NCBI GenBank assembly: GCA_026023565.1
Contig: JAPETS010000033.1
Coordinates: forward strand, 62,001 to 126,000
Direction: 5' to 3'
DNA length: 64,000 nt
DNA from: Cirrosporium novae-zelandiae
Lineage: Eukaryota
The notes under the pieces were generated by a model. That model did not search any database, was not told the DNA's origin, and was given only the letters and a program-made list of their open reading frames with translations. The position numbers were made by a program, and so were the translations under genes. This document shows, in pieces, positions 23,482 to 37,296 of the stretch (position 1 is the stretch's first letter; the number at the start of each line of letters is the position of its first letter).

Positions 23482-24359
23482 ATGCCTGCGATGCCTCTTC
23501 CACCGAACAGCGCAACACTTTCACACCTTCATCGAGCCGATGGTTCAGCTACCTATTCGGCCAATGGATATACGGTGATTGCTGCCGTAAATGGTCCAAT
23601 CGAAGTTCAGCGTCGCGATGAGCTACCTGAAGAGGCTGCTATCGATGTTGTTGTTCGACCAGCTGCGGGTGTAGGAAGTATGTCGCTGGAAAGATCATTC
23701 ATGGGTTAATTCTCTGATCTTTGGCTGACCAGGGCGCTTGAATTGTAGGCACAAGAGAACGTCATCTCGAATCTCTCATTCACAATACCCTTCGCAGTGT
23801 AGTCCTGGTGCAAAATTACCCTCGCACATTGATCCAAGTAACTCTCCAAATCACATCCACTCCAGTTGATGATTCTGTGATTGGGAGAGGGCCACAGGGC
23901 TCTACGGTGAGCATCGCAATATTTTAAACTATTTAAATTTTAATCTAATGTTGTTAGGGACTCCCACTCCTCGCATGCCTTCTCCAAACCACAATGCTGG
24001 CCTTGCTAAGCGCCTCCCTCGCCATGTGCACCACTTTTACTTCGACCCTATTAGCCCTGACTCCATCCGGACAAATAACCGAGAACCCTGATGCACAGGC
24101 GCTGAAGAAGGCTAGTTCGATACATGTATATGCATTTACGTCGAAGAGGGAGCTACTTGTGGCGCAAAGCGAAGGCCGTTTTGAATGGGATACCTGGCAG
24201 CTAGCGCATGATCGGGCGCTACAGATCTGTTGTGGTGGGGAAAGTGAAGCTGACGCGATGCAGATAGAAGAAGCGGAGGGTGGGTTAGAAGGATTCATGA
24301 GAGGGTTGGTCAAAGGACAGCTGGAGAAAGAACAAGGATGGAAAGAGGAAGCGAAATGA
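23482..24359 (+). CDS. RRP46: RNA exosome core subunit Rrp46 (RNase PH-like); 3 exons
   Basis: 'LHRADGSATYS..GYTVIAAVNGPIEVQRRDELPEEAAIDVVVRPAAGVG'; 'PRTLIQVTLQI'; 'SIHVYAFTS...SEGRF'. Confidence 0.88.
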
Positions 24360-25653
24360 AAACAATGGATAGTGGTGATAATGGAGGAGGCACGTTGCTA
24401 TAATAAGTTTAATGATTCGGTAATAGAGGTGATGGGAAGGCGGCTGCAGAGTGATGTTCTCACTCTCTGCATTGGAGTGCCAGATCCATGTTATGATCTC
24501 TGTAGGTTTGATACATGAGGGGTCAAGATTTGTAGAGGGGAAATGGGGCATTGTGACACTGTCCCACTACTATGATTTCGATATTGATAGGGGGTTGGGT
24601 TTATGCAACCGGCGGGTGGTGTTGAAGACGGAAACGAACCAAGCATTTTGTCGACCCAGACCAGCGTAGGTCGATGTAGGTCAGTATCGGTCAGTGTAGG
24701 TCAGCGGAAGCATCAGGCAAAAGCTTGGAGGAAAAGTTATATGGGTTATGGGTTATGATGCGCTGGCCTCTTAGAAGTCGCATGAAGGAAGATCAAACTT
24801 GGCTGAAGTTTCAGAAAATGCTTCACCAAAGCTTGGGTTGCTTGACCAGCACTCGAGAATACGGAGGCTTGATGAAGGCTTGATGAAGGCTTGATGGAAG
24901 TTTGATGGAGGCTTTACAAGAGACTTTGGCATTTCTATTGAATGTTACAGGATTCGGAATGTGGAGTAAATAATTAACTGGGTGTTGTTGTGCATGTTCA
25001 AAAGCGGAAGCAATTCTCGTATCCAACCCCTCGGTCCATTTCTCCAAATCTCTCGGCATTTACACCCCTCAACCCTCCCTTCACCCTCATTTCTCATCCA
25101 AGAAGTTTTTGTTTGTTCTGTTATTGAGTGCAGGTCACTCTCTGAACTCATTCGCTACACACCATCTTTTATTCTTTTATTTTATTTCTTATAGATATAC
25201 CGATCCAACCCTACTTTGGATTGGACCAGGGAAGGAAGGCTAGATACATTGCAACAATCAAACGAGTCGACCGGATTGAGAAGTGGACGAGAAACCCGGG
25301 ATTCGAATTCGAATTATTGATAATAAATCCACTTATTTTTATGATCCATCAGTCATCAAGGAGCAGGCTGCACGTTAGATTGAAGCCACGCTGCATCAAA
25401 TATTTCATCATCACACCCGCCCCCTCGACTTGTTACCCGACTAAGAAGGCACTTTATCCGACGACTTATCTTATTTTCGATCCATCTCCATTCATCTCCG
25501 TTGAACCTGTGAGACCGACCATTTGAGAAGTCCGTCCTGAAGCTGGCCCCCTTTTTTTCTTAGTCGACTTTCCCCCACCATTACTATTATCCATCTTGAG
25601 ATATTAAAGCGATTGTGGTTCAAGAAATACTCCACCAGCTTCACCATTCGACT

Positions 25654-25725
25654 CTCTACTCTACTCTACTCGACTCTACTCTACTCTGCTCTACTCTACT
25701 CTGCTCTGCTCTACTCTCTGCTCTA
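25654..25725. repeat. Pentanucleotide microsatellite (CTACT/CTGCT)n
   Basis: Directly visible tandem array upstream of the NAD kinase gene. Confidence 0.85.
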
Positions 25726-26127
25726 GTGTCTTCGGGTTTTTAATTTAGCCGAATCGAAGGCATCTCAAAATAAAAACCTTTCAACGTCACAACAAATCCG
25801 GTGGTTGGACCTGGGACCCTTATCCTTGCTTGTCCTATCGATAGGCACAAACCTTCGCGGCAATATTCCAATTATTTGAAAAAAATAAAAGACATAAAAA
25901 CAAACACTCAGATATTCATTTTCCATTCGTTCGACAAATTACTTCTAGAAGTTTAAGAAGAAGCTTCAAAGAGAAAAAAGAGGCTTGAGATTAAAACAAA
26001 AAGAGAGAATTGATTTCTCTAATTGACAGGAACCGGAACCACAACTATAATCAGATGCTGATTGGGATAGAAAGGCGTCACCTCATCTCTCTATCGTACA
26101 TTGGAACTAATAAGATAGTTAAAAATC

Positions 26128-28179
26128 ATGACGGCCCGCCAAACGACCCATATCCCCTGGTCGGGATCGCACTTGTCGCATAAGCAGCTTGATAATCATG
26201 ATAATGATGATGATGATGATCACATTGATGATAATCAGCACTCCTTTCTTCAATTGACGCCAACCCAGTTGTTACAAGAACAAGAAGATTCGCTTATATC
26301 CAAGATTAATTCCGATATTTCCGCTGAATCGGCTCCAAGGCCCGCTCCTCGTGATAATTATGACAATTGTCCCCACGACCTCCCTCCTCTCAAACTTCTA
26401 GAGACAGCATACGAGAAAACTCCACCCCATACCTCCGACGATCCCGGAAGCTCCATCTCCACCTCGTCCACAAAAGTCAACGACTCGCCACAACACCACT
26501 CCTTCTCGTCGGCCTCCTCCAGTAGCTCCACCTTTCCACTAAATACGCCAAAATCCTTTCTCGATCACAGGCAAAACATCCAATCCTCCATTGGATCCGT
26601 GTCAGGAGTTCCGCGACAGACTATAATGAAAGCACTAGCATCCATACCACCTGCTGGCGGCCACAACAATAACAAGCATTCTTCTGATGCCCAGTCAGCA
26701 AACATCCTGAATAATCTCAACATCAACGATCTGGATACTGCCCTTGCCAGTCTCACCCCCGCCGCAAATATCCCCACCATCTCCACTGCTCTCGATCAGC
26801 TCCACCTCGCACAACCTCCCTCCCCAGGCGAAGTTCATCCCTCTCTACGTTCTCCCTGCTTCGTCCATCAACGTCTCAATAAGTGTGTCAACATAGAAAA
26901 GGTCCTCTCAGACATAACGTCTGAAGAGGACTGGACATCCCATTCCTCGCTCATGCAAACTGCCACCGGCGTGCGAGAGGTCTCCAAAGCTCTCCAACGC
27001 AAACCCATTCGCCGTGCTGTACGGACAATAATGATAGTAACGAAAGCGCGCGACAATCGCTTGGTACATTACACCCGGGATCTTGCAGAATGGCTTCTCA
27101 AAACACCTCGCTATGGCTCGTCGCTAGGCGTGAATGTCTATGTCGACGCGAAACTCCGACATTCCAAACGCTTTGATGCTGCTGGTCTGATCGCACAAAA
27201 CCCTGCCTTTGAACATATGATTCATTATTGGACGCCCGAGCTCTGCTACACCGAGCCCGAAAGGTTTGATCTGGTTCTTACCCTTGGTGGCGACGGCACA
27301 GTCCTGTACACATCATGGCTTTTCCAGCGCGTGGTCCCTCCCATCCTTTCCTTTTCTCTCGGCTCGCTTGGTTTTCTGACGACGTTTGATTGGGAATCTC
27401 ACAAAGATCATTTAAACAATATACTGGGCGATCAGGGTATGCGATTAAACCTTCGCATGCGCTTCACCTGCACCGTCTTCCGCGCACAGCGAACACAACG
27501 TGGCGCGCCCATCCAAGATGCTCCATTAATCGAAGCCGAACAATTTGAAGTCCTAAACGAACTAGTCATTGACCGTGGCCCTTCCCCATATGTCTCAAAT
27601 CTCGAACTCTATGGCGACGATGAACTCATCACCGTCGTGCAAGCAGACGGTTGTATCTTCAGTACCCCCACCGGTAGCACAGCATACTCGCTCAGCGCAG
27701 GCGGCAGCCTTATTCATCCCTCCATCCCGGCCATCCTCCTCACACCGATATGTCCCCACACACTAAGCTTCCGTCCCATGGTACTAAGCGACAGCTTACA
27801 GCTACGTGTATGTGTGCCTCCAATGAGCAGAAGCACCGCATACGCTTCCTTTGATGGCAAGGGTCGCGTGGAGCTCAAGCGCGGGGACTGCGTTGTCGTC
27901 GAAGCATCTCGATGGCCGTTCCCTAGCGTATGTCGAAGTACAGGGGTCGGCGAGTGGGTTGGCTCCGTCCGTGGTGCGCTCAGGTGGAATGTCAGGGGTG
28001 GTGACGGCGGTGTCATACAGACGGCCTGGGGAGAAGAGGGAGATGAGGAATGGGATATCGAACCCGACGTCGACCAGTTAGGAATCGCAGCCGAGAACGG
28101 GAGAATAGGAAAGAAATCAGAGATGATAGACTCGGGGATCGGGACCAGTAGGGAGGGGAGCGAGAGCGGTGGGGCATGA
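26128..28179 (+). CDS. ATP-NAD(H) kinase (Utr1/Yef1-like) with long low-complexity N-terminal extension
   Basis: 'TLGGDGTVL'; 'SLGSLGFLT'; '[12 protein letters not shown]'; '[23 protein letters not shown]'; '[12 protein letters not shown]'. Confidence 0.93.
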   Translation: MTARQTTHIPWSGSHLSHKQLDNHDNDDDDDHIDDNQHSFLQLTPTQLLQEQEDSLISKINSDISAESAPRPAPRDNYDNCPHDLPPLKLLETAYEKTPPHTSDDPGSSISTSSTKVNDSPQHHSFSSASSSSSTFPLNTPKSFLDHRQNIQSSIGSVSGVPRQTIMKALASIPPAGGHNNNKHSSDAQSANILNNLNINDLDTALASLTPAANIPTISTALDQLHLAQPPSPGEVHPSLRSPCFVHQRLNKCVNIEKVLSDITSEEDWTSHSSLMQTATGVREVSKALQRKPIRRAVRTIMIVTKARDNRLVHYTRDLAEWLLKTPRYGSSLGVNVYVDAKLRHSKRFDAAGLIAQNPAFEHMIHYWTPELCYTEPERFDLVLTLGGDGTVLYTSWLFQRVVPPILSFSLGSLGFLTTFDWESHKDHLNNILGDQGMRLNLRMRFTCTVFRAQRTQRGAPIQDAPLIEAEQFEVLNELVIDRGPSPYVSNLELYGDDELITVVQADGCIFSTPTGSTAYSLSAGGSLIHPSIPAILLTPICPHTLSFRPMVLSDSLQLRVCVPPMSRSTAYASFDGKGRVELKRGDCVVVEASRWPFPSVCRSTGVGEWVGSVRGALRWNVRGGDGGVIQTAWGEEGDEEWDIEPDVDQLGIAAENGRIGKKSEMIDSGIGTSREGSESGGA

Positions 28180-29281
28180 TGAATCCCAGAAAGGAAAGAG
28201 GTGGGTGGAATGATGAACCGACTCAATGCCGATTCCAAGAAATAACCCTTTTCTAATAAACTACCCGTTTTTTTTTTTACTTTCTGTTGATTTCTAATCT
28301 ACGGATGAATGTCACGACATACATTTTTCGTTTCTTTTCTTTGTTTTTTTTTTTACACCATTCGGGTATTTTATCTATCCGTCCATCGACATTAGGGGCA
28401 CTTGGCGGCGCAGGCGCGGGCTAAAGGTGGGGGTGGGGGAAGGGATTTCGGAACTTTATAGACGAATGGATTGACTTTGATGGAATTGATGAGATGCGAT
28501 GCGATGCGATGTGCATTTATACATTTGCTTTTCGTGTTCCTGTCCTTGTTCTTGTTCATGTTCATGTTATTCACATCCCTTGCGAAGAAATAAACAAAGA
28601 AAGGAAGGAAGAAAGATCCTCGAGCGAAGGAAACAATTACATCAAACCGAGGAAGTCAAGGAAGGCGAGGTGGAGGTGGAAAAGGGTGCTAGCTGGCCAC
28701 AAGGAGGGCTGGGGGGGGGGGTGCTTGACGCTTTTTTCGTTTTTAGAAAGAAAGGGAATACATAAATAGAGAGATAGAGAGACAGAGAAATGGATGTGGA
28801 AATGGGAATGGAAATGGGAATGAGTGGGATATGGATATAGATATGTATAGATGTGGTTATGAATATATACATATGGGATGAATTGTGACCATAACTATAA
28901 AAAAGACAAACCTCCCCAAATGCCAATGCTAATGCAGACTGTAGATTGTAGATTGTAGATTGTAGATACATAAATATGTAAACACACCAACCAATCCCTA
29001 TAATCCTATAACCCTTCTCTCTCCCTCTTCCTTCCTCTCGAGAGGAAGTAAGAATCAAAAACACAAGACACGAAATAAAAGGTATTTTTTTCTTTTTCTC
29101 TTTGCTACCTACATACAGGTGTTAGCAATAGACCAGACCGATTTTTTTCACTGGTAGCATTGGTCATAGTCTATACTGTTACTTATATAATTAGAATAGT
29201 TTAATACATGGACTAATTACCGTATTTATTTATACATATGTACTGTACATTTTCGTCAAACTCAGAATAGATAGTTGCTAG

Positions 29282-30945
29282 TCATCCTTGAGAACTTCGC
29301 AGTATGTATCTGCTCAAGTTTCGGAATTGATCCGGATTATCATAGTTGTCAAATACAAGAAGCCATGAGCGGTTCCAACTCTCGATAATTTGCAGTGTGA
29401 ACTCGATTCTTTCGTCGTTTGATTCAAAAGTTTGATCTACACTTTGTTTGACTACATTGGAGATGGCAATTAGACCTTTCTTCAAAGCCTCTTCGGTGGA
29501 TACATCAAACCAGAAGTTCGCAAGAAAGAAATGTTTCGTTTCAGCTTTGCGACAGAAATCGACTGCGAGCGCCGTTTTGCCTTGCCCACCCATTCCATAA
29601 AGGACACAAACACGCGGGGAAGCTTCACCCTCCCGAGTTGTGAGACTTGTAATCTTAGAAATCAGATCAGGACGTTGGATAAATTTGGTGGTTCGATTGG
29701 GGGTAGCGGTAATAGTTCTTATTACCCAATTTAGGGCCGTTCATGGCTTCTTGAACAGACAAATCATTGGCAGTGTTTGGTCTGATAAAGGTTGCTTTGA
29801 TGCCTTCTACTTATCACAAATTAACCACCTTACATGTTACAGACTGTTGTGGATTATGTACCGCTTGCATCTTCAATTCCTGATGTGCAATCCATCAATA
29901 TCCCCGATATCCTCTCATAGCCAATGTCCCTCTTTTTTAAAAACTTTGTCATGTTTATGTGATTTTCCAGGATTGTTGTAACCTGATATAACAGCAGAGT
30001 CAGGTGTCACAACACGTTGGTTAATTTTGTCAGTCAATTTCTCTCTAGCTTAGGGAGGCAAGCCTATACTAACATGGCCAGTAGCAGCGATGGGAAGCTC
30101 CTCAACAAAGGCATGTATCTTGATCTCAGGGTCTCTTTTTCGGAGCCGTCTTCGTACCCTTGTGAGAAAGCCATTCTTGATGCTTGCCAAAACTTGTAAA
30201 TGCCCTTTGAAGACTTCTAAAAGTTGAGTGTTTGGCGCCTTAGCAAAGCTAAGGCTAATGATATTCGCGACTGCGGTAGCAAATTTCTCAAAATCAGAGC
30301 CAGCATTGGGAGTTCCCATGAAGGCAACACCACGAGTAGAGTCAAGACAGGTGCCTTGAGCCTCGTCATTGTAATTGACGCATAGAAGCAAAGCATTTTG
30401 ACAAACAAGGCCACCAAGGCTATGTGCAACAAACAGGATGGGCCGTTTTGAGGTTTTCATCCTCGCACGAAGGCGGCACAAATCATTGACAAGATTCTGT
30501 GCATGCTCTGTGACGGTATTTTGACCGGCTGGTTTCATCCAGTGTACGACATCAGCATCGTATCCGTAGGTAATAATTCGAGCATTTGGAATATCCGTAG
30601 CTAGTAACGCCTTGGGCCATGGTTCAGTCGCGTTATCCGCAGTCCACGTCTTCTCACGATCTCCTGTCAAGCCATGCAAAAACATAATACTAAACCACAC
30701 ATTAGCTCAATTTCCGGAGCTCTAATCTTCACCACAACTACATACTCAACTATAGGAGACATACCGGTGCTCCAAACATTAATGCCCAAAGGCTTATGCG
30801 CCTCGACTGGCTTGACCTCCGCATCGATCGGTTGCGGAGGATCCTCGGAAGTTGTAGCCTCTGCGGCAGGAGCACTTCCCAACGGCAATGACGCCTTCGT
30901 TTTTGGCCCCTTGGATACTCTTTTTACCTTGTTGAATAGATCCAT
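29282..30945 (-). pseudogene. SesB/PGAP1-like alpha/beta hydrolase fused to NB-ARC (NLR-like); frameshifted and 3'-truncated
   Basis: 'FLHGLTGDREKTW', 'WPKALL..DIPNARIITYGYDA', nucleophile elbow 'FVAHSLGGLV', 'FMGTPNAGS'; frameshifted 'VVTPDSAVI...NHINMTKF'; then Walker A 'GMGGQGKT' and Walker B 'WLLVFDNYD'. Ends abruptly at TGA 29282 with no further NB-ARC or repeat domain. Confidence 0.85.
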
Positions 30946-32942
30946 CGCATTGCAATGTTGAGCTGTCAAGTCTCGACTAGGATCGGTGCGTTGTGGAGCT
31001 GAGTTGGAGTAACGGTGCTTAAGATGACAACATTCACACCAGGACTCACTCTTCTAAATAGGGAACTCGACACAGTCCCCAGGATTACGTTCACTAATTG
31101 AAATTGATGGGGTTTGAAGCCAGCTTTCCCGAACTTAGATCGTTAGTCGTGACAGTACCATTCCTAAGACCGCACTATCTTGATTCTGGATGTTCCACAT
31201 ATGACCTCCGGCCTTCACAGCGTACAGCATATTCCAAAACGTTTGCCGATAAAACATCAAAATTTCGTTCAATACTTTTTGGGCGGATTCTCAATTAACA
31301 ATTCCTTAATTAACACTTGACATAATTTTTTTATGTTTAATTTAGCTTTAGGCGTCATAGCTTGGGGTACGCGTCAATGTATTCTGCAATCTTGATAAGG
31401 TCGATGCACCCATTATATTCAAACCATTTCTGCTGCGTCAAGCCCCATGTCCATGGCCAGCTGCTATTCCACCGATAGCCTTCTGTGTCAGGCTTGGATC
31501 GAGACGGCGCTAGCGATATTAATCCGATCATCTTCTCTGGACACAAGATGAGGAAGCACTCGCAATCGTGACTTATATAAGCAATCCGGTAGTCGTTCAT
31601 GGTCCGATCCTCGTTTCTTGCCAATATAGCTGCAATAGCGCAGTCCCGTGTACGACATTGTGTTCATCTCATATGTCTCAGCGGAGACGGCAACAGGGTA
31701 ATTGTCATCACGGGTTCTCGCTCGAGCCCGCGTTGTAATTCCCACCTGTCCTTTACTCACTTTTCTCTAAGATCAGATGAGATTGTCTTTCTTTTTTAGC
31801 TTGGCATTCCTCCATCATTTGGCTTTTGTGGAGCTTGCTGGAGATATAATCTCTGGCGGGTCCGTCGAGATCGACGAGGTCAATTGCCTTAGGGTGAATA
31901 AAAAGGAATTTCAGAAGGTTATTGTTTTGACGATGAGACTAATATCAATTATACCGTCTTACCCCATTAGCGACTTGAATCTGCTTATCAACAGTTGCCA
32001 TTTGACTTAAGAGTGGTCCGTTTTAGGGTCGTCTATTGTACTTGTAGGTCCTTCTGTCATTTGCGGAGTACTCTTAATAGTAAGCTACACTAAGTGCACT
32101 AAAAGACGCATGTGCTTTTCGCAATCGAGAGTTGAATTAAGCTCAATGGCTTTATTGCGGTCGGTGATCTTGTAGAAATGTAAATAAAGAATATACTGTT
32201 TCAGCTCTATGCTATTGTGTCTTAGCCTCTGAATTCAGGGAAGTATAATTGAAGAGGTAGTCCATAGATCACCTATAGACTCTATCGCCTTATTCTCAAG
32301 TGAATAGAGACGCATATTACTTACAGTACAGGGGGAACACCATGCACGAAGTCGTATGGAACAGCAGGAACCTTTTCATGGGTAATAAGAGGAAAATGTG
32401 GAAATCCTATTTTTCCGTAATGGGACCCGGAAAGGGATTTTGATTTATGGTGATAATTTCCATGTAGCTATTTCACCGGCATGGGATAAGCAAGATGACT
32501 GGGGAAGCAATGTGGATCGAAAAGCAAATCATCCAAGAGAGCTATTCAGTATTCAGTCTTGATGATGAGGTTTCGGCCGAGAGATTCTCAATAAAGAATG
32601 ACCCCTTGAGTTGATAGATGGAGGGATGTGCATATTTAATCTTGAAAATGAATAGCCACCGAAGTAGCTGCAATTGTAAAGTTAGAGAAGATACTAGGAT
32701 ATAATTCGGTAAAAGTCCAGTAAAATCTGCTAAGGTGGAGAGAATAAAGGCAGATCAGATCAAGACCTTGAAAAAACTGTTGCATCCATGGCAAAAGTAG
32801 CTCAACTAGTCACCATGCAATATCCCGAGATTACTTACGATCTAAAAGCCAGACATCACGCCGCAACCATCTGTAAGAATCATCTCACATACGCGACATC
32901 TCACATACGAGATCGCTCATTCCTAATGTCCCGTTCATGTAG

Positions 32943-34579
32943 TCAATGCCCATTCGTCAACCCCTCCAATCCGTGCAAGTCACAAAAGGCTTTGAAAGTA
33001 ACAAAGTTCTCATCGCCTGTTGATTCTAATACCATTTCTGCCGTCGCACCTATGAAGAAAACATAGCCGGATTTAATCTCCTCTACCTTTGGCCCCACAC
33101 TAATCTTACCAACCCCCTGTGTACATATTAAGATGCTAGGACCTGCCAGTGGCTCAAATGTTGCTTTCGCGCCTGCTTTCCTCAAATCTGTTTTGACAAC
33201 ACTAAATTCCTCAGTGGGAGGATCATAGAGCATTGAGCTGGATGCAGAGGTATAGGCATTTAGATTAAGGGTGACGTATGGGTAGTCGACGGGGTTCATT
33301 TTTTGCTCCGAAATTGGGGCGTAATTGTAAGTGAGCATGGTTGTTAGGGTCTTGACGTCTTTGAATTTAGGGGTAAATCCCGAACGGACAACATTGTCCG
33401 AAGAAGCCATGCATTCCATGGCATCTAAGTGTTATAAGATTATTATCTTTAGAAATGGTATGAGAACACTTACCACCACTGAGATAAGCATGTATATCAT
33501 CTGCCTCCAGGAACATGCTTTCGCCCGGCTGCAGTTTGATGTAGTTGAGAAAAAACAGAACAAACAAGCCAATATCCGCGGGGAATTGCCCGTTGAGTCT
33601 AATGACTAGTTCGGAAAGTTCTTTTCCAGTGTTTGTGGGTCCTCCGTGCCCGGCAAAAGCTTCACCCTCTTTTTCTGCCAACGAGACCAGCTCTTTGGCT
33701 TCTGAAGCTATCGCATCTTTGTCTGCATTCATGAGGGCAGAGAATGTATCCTGCAAGGCTGTCTTTTTCGCATTCTCATCCTCCGGCTGACTGGATGTTT
33801 CTTCATCCCTAATTATGGCCTCAAAGTTCCGGGCGGCATCTTCGCCAACCAATCTTCGCAAGGGTGGTACATCAGTTAGAAAATGTTTGATCTCTGCAAG
33901 AGGTCGAAATCCGCAAAACCCTTCAAATTCCGTGATAGCAATGACCATTTCAGGCTTGTGGTTGTCATCTGGACACGTTACATGTATCAGCAAGTTGGTT
34001 AGCCATTGTAAAGCCCCTATTTCCATTTCATACCAGGATAATTCTTTGGATCCAGCTCATGTAACCTTTGCGCCAGTTTCTTGTTGGGATGAGCCTGTAT
34101 ACTCAATGCTTTTTGGATCGAAAGGACTTTGAATAGAAAGGGAAGTTTTCCGTCATAACGTTGTGCGATATCTTGCGACATCAACGCCTGGTTGTCTTGA
34201 AGGATATCGAGTAGTGTACGGTTGGTCTCGAAGTCTTTGGAAGGTAGGGTGGGATGCGTGCCCATCCATAACTAAGGAATAATCTCAGCATGCAAAAGAT
34301 ATAGTAAAAAACGAGATGAATGTACCTCAGAGTATGGTTTATCTTCTTGGATGGAGAAGTCTCCAGACGCGTTTGCGGCGGCGAATTTGGCGGCTGCGGA
34401 GTCATTTCCTAGTTTACCTAACAGACTACCTCAATATTTCGTTCAAGCTTCTCTGCAGGCTAAACATACCCCATTCATAATTATTGGTGCCTGTGGACAA
34501 TTAAGACAATTAGCAGGAGAATGGTGGATTCTCTAAGTTTGCACTTACCACATTGCAACCGGATCAATGGTACCTGCAT
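32943..34579 (-). CDS. manA: Mannose-6-phosphate isomerase (type I); multi-exon including a 21-nt exon
   Basis: [21 protein letters not shown]; 'LWMGTHP'; '[20 protein letters not shown]'; '[10 protein letters not shown]'; 'HAYLSG'; '[18 protein letters not shown]'. Confidence 0.95.
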
Positions 34580-36175
34580 GATGACAGGTTGCAGTTTTAG
34601 CAGAGTAAAGTTTTGGGCATGTAATATTATGGGAAAACGAAGGATCGGAAGAAAATAAGTAGTAAATAAAGTCGCGTATATCTGAACTCCTTAGTGGAGT
34701 CAGAAGATGAAAAGAAATTTACTCAAAATGGTGGGATGAGTGACAATTGATAATTCATCTCCCTTGCGCGCGGCAGAAACGCCGACACTTACCCCGACGT
34801 CATCAGTGTGAATGGTTAAGATGAGCCCGACGGGAAAGCCCCTCGACCCCGGTGTGAACTCATGAGCTCATCCTTGTTGAATGGCCTGGACCATTCTTAC
34901 TCGTAATTTCTCTAGTAGCCGCAGTAGCTACAACCGTTATAGCTTGAAAAGGCCTATCATACTACTAGCCTGCATAGCCAGTCTCTGTGGCCACGGTTGC
35001 CAAATACTTATATTTGTACAGTCATAAGGAATAATAGACACCGAACCTCCAATTCAATATAAAATTCAAAAGTTTTAATTAATAATTATTTGTTTCAATT
35101 AATGGTGGTTTAATAATTGGCCAACATCCAGTTTCTCTGCGGATGTGGCGTGGAGCCAAACGCGGGGAAGCGTGTTATCGATGATAGGGAGTTGTAGCAA
35201 AAGAAGAAAAACAAAGGAAAGGGTTACAATGCCTAAGATAGAGCTCTTACGAGGCACAAATCTAAGTATATAATTAGTGTAGATATGGATGACTCGAGGT
35301 CTGGAATCTAAGGGAGGGAGCTTTAGATAGAAGTGGTGTTGATCTAGTAGTCTAGCCTAATCGGGAAATCATTGGGAACCGTAGCAGAAAGGCCAGCTTT
35401 CAGTTGATATATTACCACAGACCTTACAGTTAAAGCATAGTTACGTTATATAGGAGTAGAGCCGTAGAGTGCTGCCTACGCTATTGTATACGAACTCTTA
35501 CCAATCTAAATATAAATCTTTAGGAATTTATATTTATTTTTAGGGAAGTTATTAATAAATGTTTATATTGTTAGAAAGCAAGTCAACATTCTTACCTAGC
35601 TAAGCCAAAAGGACATAGGATAGACATAGAACCTTACACCTTGGGCTGCGGATAATAGTAGTTCCAGGTTGCATATCCAGTTCTCTTCTTGTACGTAGCC
35701 TACAACCCCTAGACTACAACCTCTATCTTAAATGAATAATTACTGCCTGAAATAAATAACTCCTAATTAAATTTTTAAAATTTGAAAAGGATCGGGAATT
35801 GGACGTTATAATTACCTACAACCCTTCCTATGGGTGACCGTAACAGCTCCTGGACCACCGTAGTCACGGGAGACTGTGCGTGCTAGCGGTGGAACATCAA
35901 GCCAAGCTTACCATAGAATCGCGCGAACTCTCTCTCCACAACACGAGTTAAATCCCCATACTACTTTGTTATTCACTGTTACTGTGATATTCTAATCTAA
36001 CATCGTCTACCTTCAACGTGTGACATCAATCCTTCTGGTTCTAGAGCTGACCACCTCTCGTATATCATAACCTGACGGATTGAGTCACCACTAATCCACC
36101 AATCCACCAATAGAATAGACCAATATAGGACACACTCATAAAGTCTATTTTACGTTTTAGAAAACTATTAAGAAG

Positions 36176-37296
36176 ATGGCAGTGAGGAATCGACCTAGGG
36201 GAGGATTCCCAAAAGAAGAATTAACAGACGCCCATGAAGAACGCAGCATATGGAATTCCATACTCGGTGACCTAAAGAAACTCAAAGGTCTAAATACGAA
36301 GGCCGCTGAAATCTCAAACAAAATCATAGAAGCGGAATTGGGCATGGGAGATTGTAGGTTTTTTCTGTTACATTATATTCTCATGCATTCTTGTTATGTT
36401 ACCGTTCCTCTTCCTTTGCTCCATTTCTGGTTCTCTCTGCTGTCTAGGACCAATTGACTTTGGCCATAAACTTACTTCTCCAGCACCATCTATCCCCCAA
36501 ATCGATGACCTCCAAGATCTCTATCGCGAAGGCGTTCGCCTTGCTGAAGAGGAGACCAAAGTTTTAAAGGAAGAGCCTAACGATGTGCTCAAGAACATCA
36601 GCATCTTAATAGCTCTAAGGACAGCCAGCGAAGCCGACGGCCCCCGTAACGCCTCATTTCAAAAGTCACGGAATCCTAAACGAAAGCATGACTCTGATAG
36701 CGTAGACTCCCCTGGAACTCTTTCGAATCAGTCTACTGCCGCGGTAAGAAAAGGTGGTGCTGGTAGGAGTGTATCAGCTGTCGCACAGGGTAAAGAGTCA
36801 AGAGAGGTTTCGGTAAAGATTGAAGAAACGGAAGGTGGCAAGGATACATCACAGCTGTCGGTGGGTACCGAGGTTATCTTTAGTAATCCCAAAATCAAGA
36901 ATGTAGAAGGTGAAGGGATTCAGTGCATCATTAGGAGCATTCATGGCAAGGACGATAAGAAACGGTAAGTTCAAGATCTTTCATTTATCCACACCCGCGT
37001 CTAAACATTGAAATAGATATGATGTTCAAGACTTGGAGGGAGAAAATGGTCAACCTGGAGCTCTGTACAGAGCTCATGCATCAGCATTAATTCCAATACC
37101 AGCTCCAGGAGCCTTACTCCCTGATCTCCCCAAAGGAAAACAAGTATTGGCTCGATATCCTGACACAACTACATTTTACAAAGCAGAAGTCATGGGTCTT
37201 AAGAAAGATGTATATCGACTCAAGTTTGAAGGAGAGGAGGATGACAAGGAAATGGAAGTTGACAGGCGGTTTGTGTTGGATGTCAACATTAGATGA
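36176..37296 (+). CDS. SGF29: SAGA-associated factor 29 (tandem Tudor, H3K4me reader); 3 exons
   Basis: 'EGEGIQCII'; 'YDVQD'; 'GKQVLARYPDTTTFYKAEV'; 'YRLKFEGEEDDKEMEVDRRFVLD'. Confidence 0.92.

Noticed and set aside
32555..32610. Hammerhead-ribozyme-like 'TGATGA-GGT-TTCG-GCC-GAGA'
   Set aside because: The core deviates (ATGATGA instead of CTGANGA; GAGA instead of GAAA), and there is no proper stem I/III with a UH cleavage site.
34776..34806. Minus-strand CTGATGA followed by a stem, upstream of PMI
   Set aside because: The stem is followed by TTTC, not GAAA, so it is not a hammerhead; at most a TGACGT bZIP half-site.
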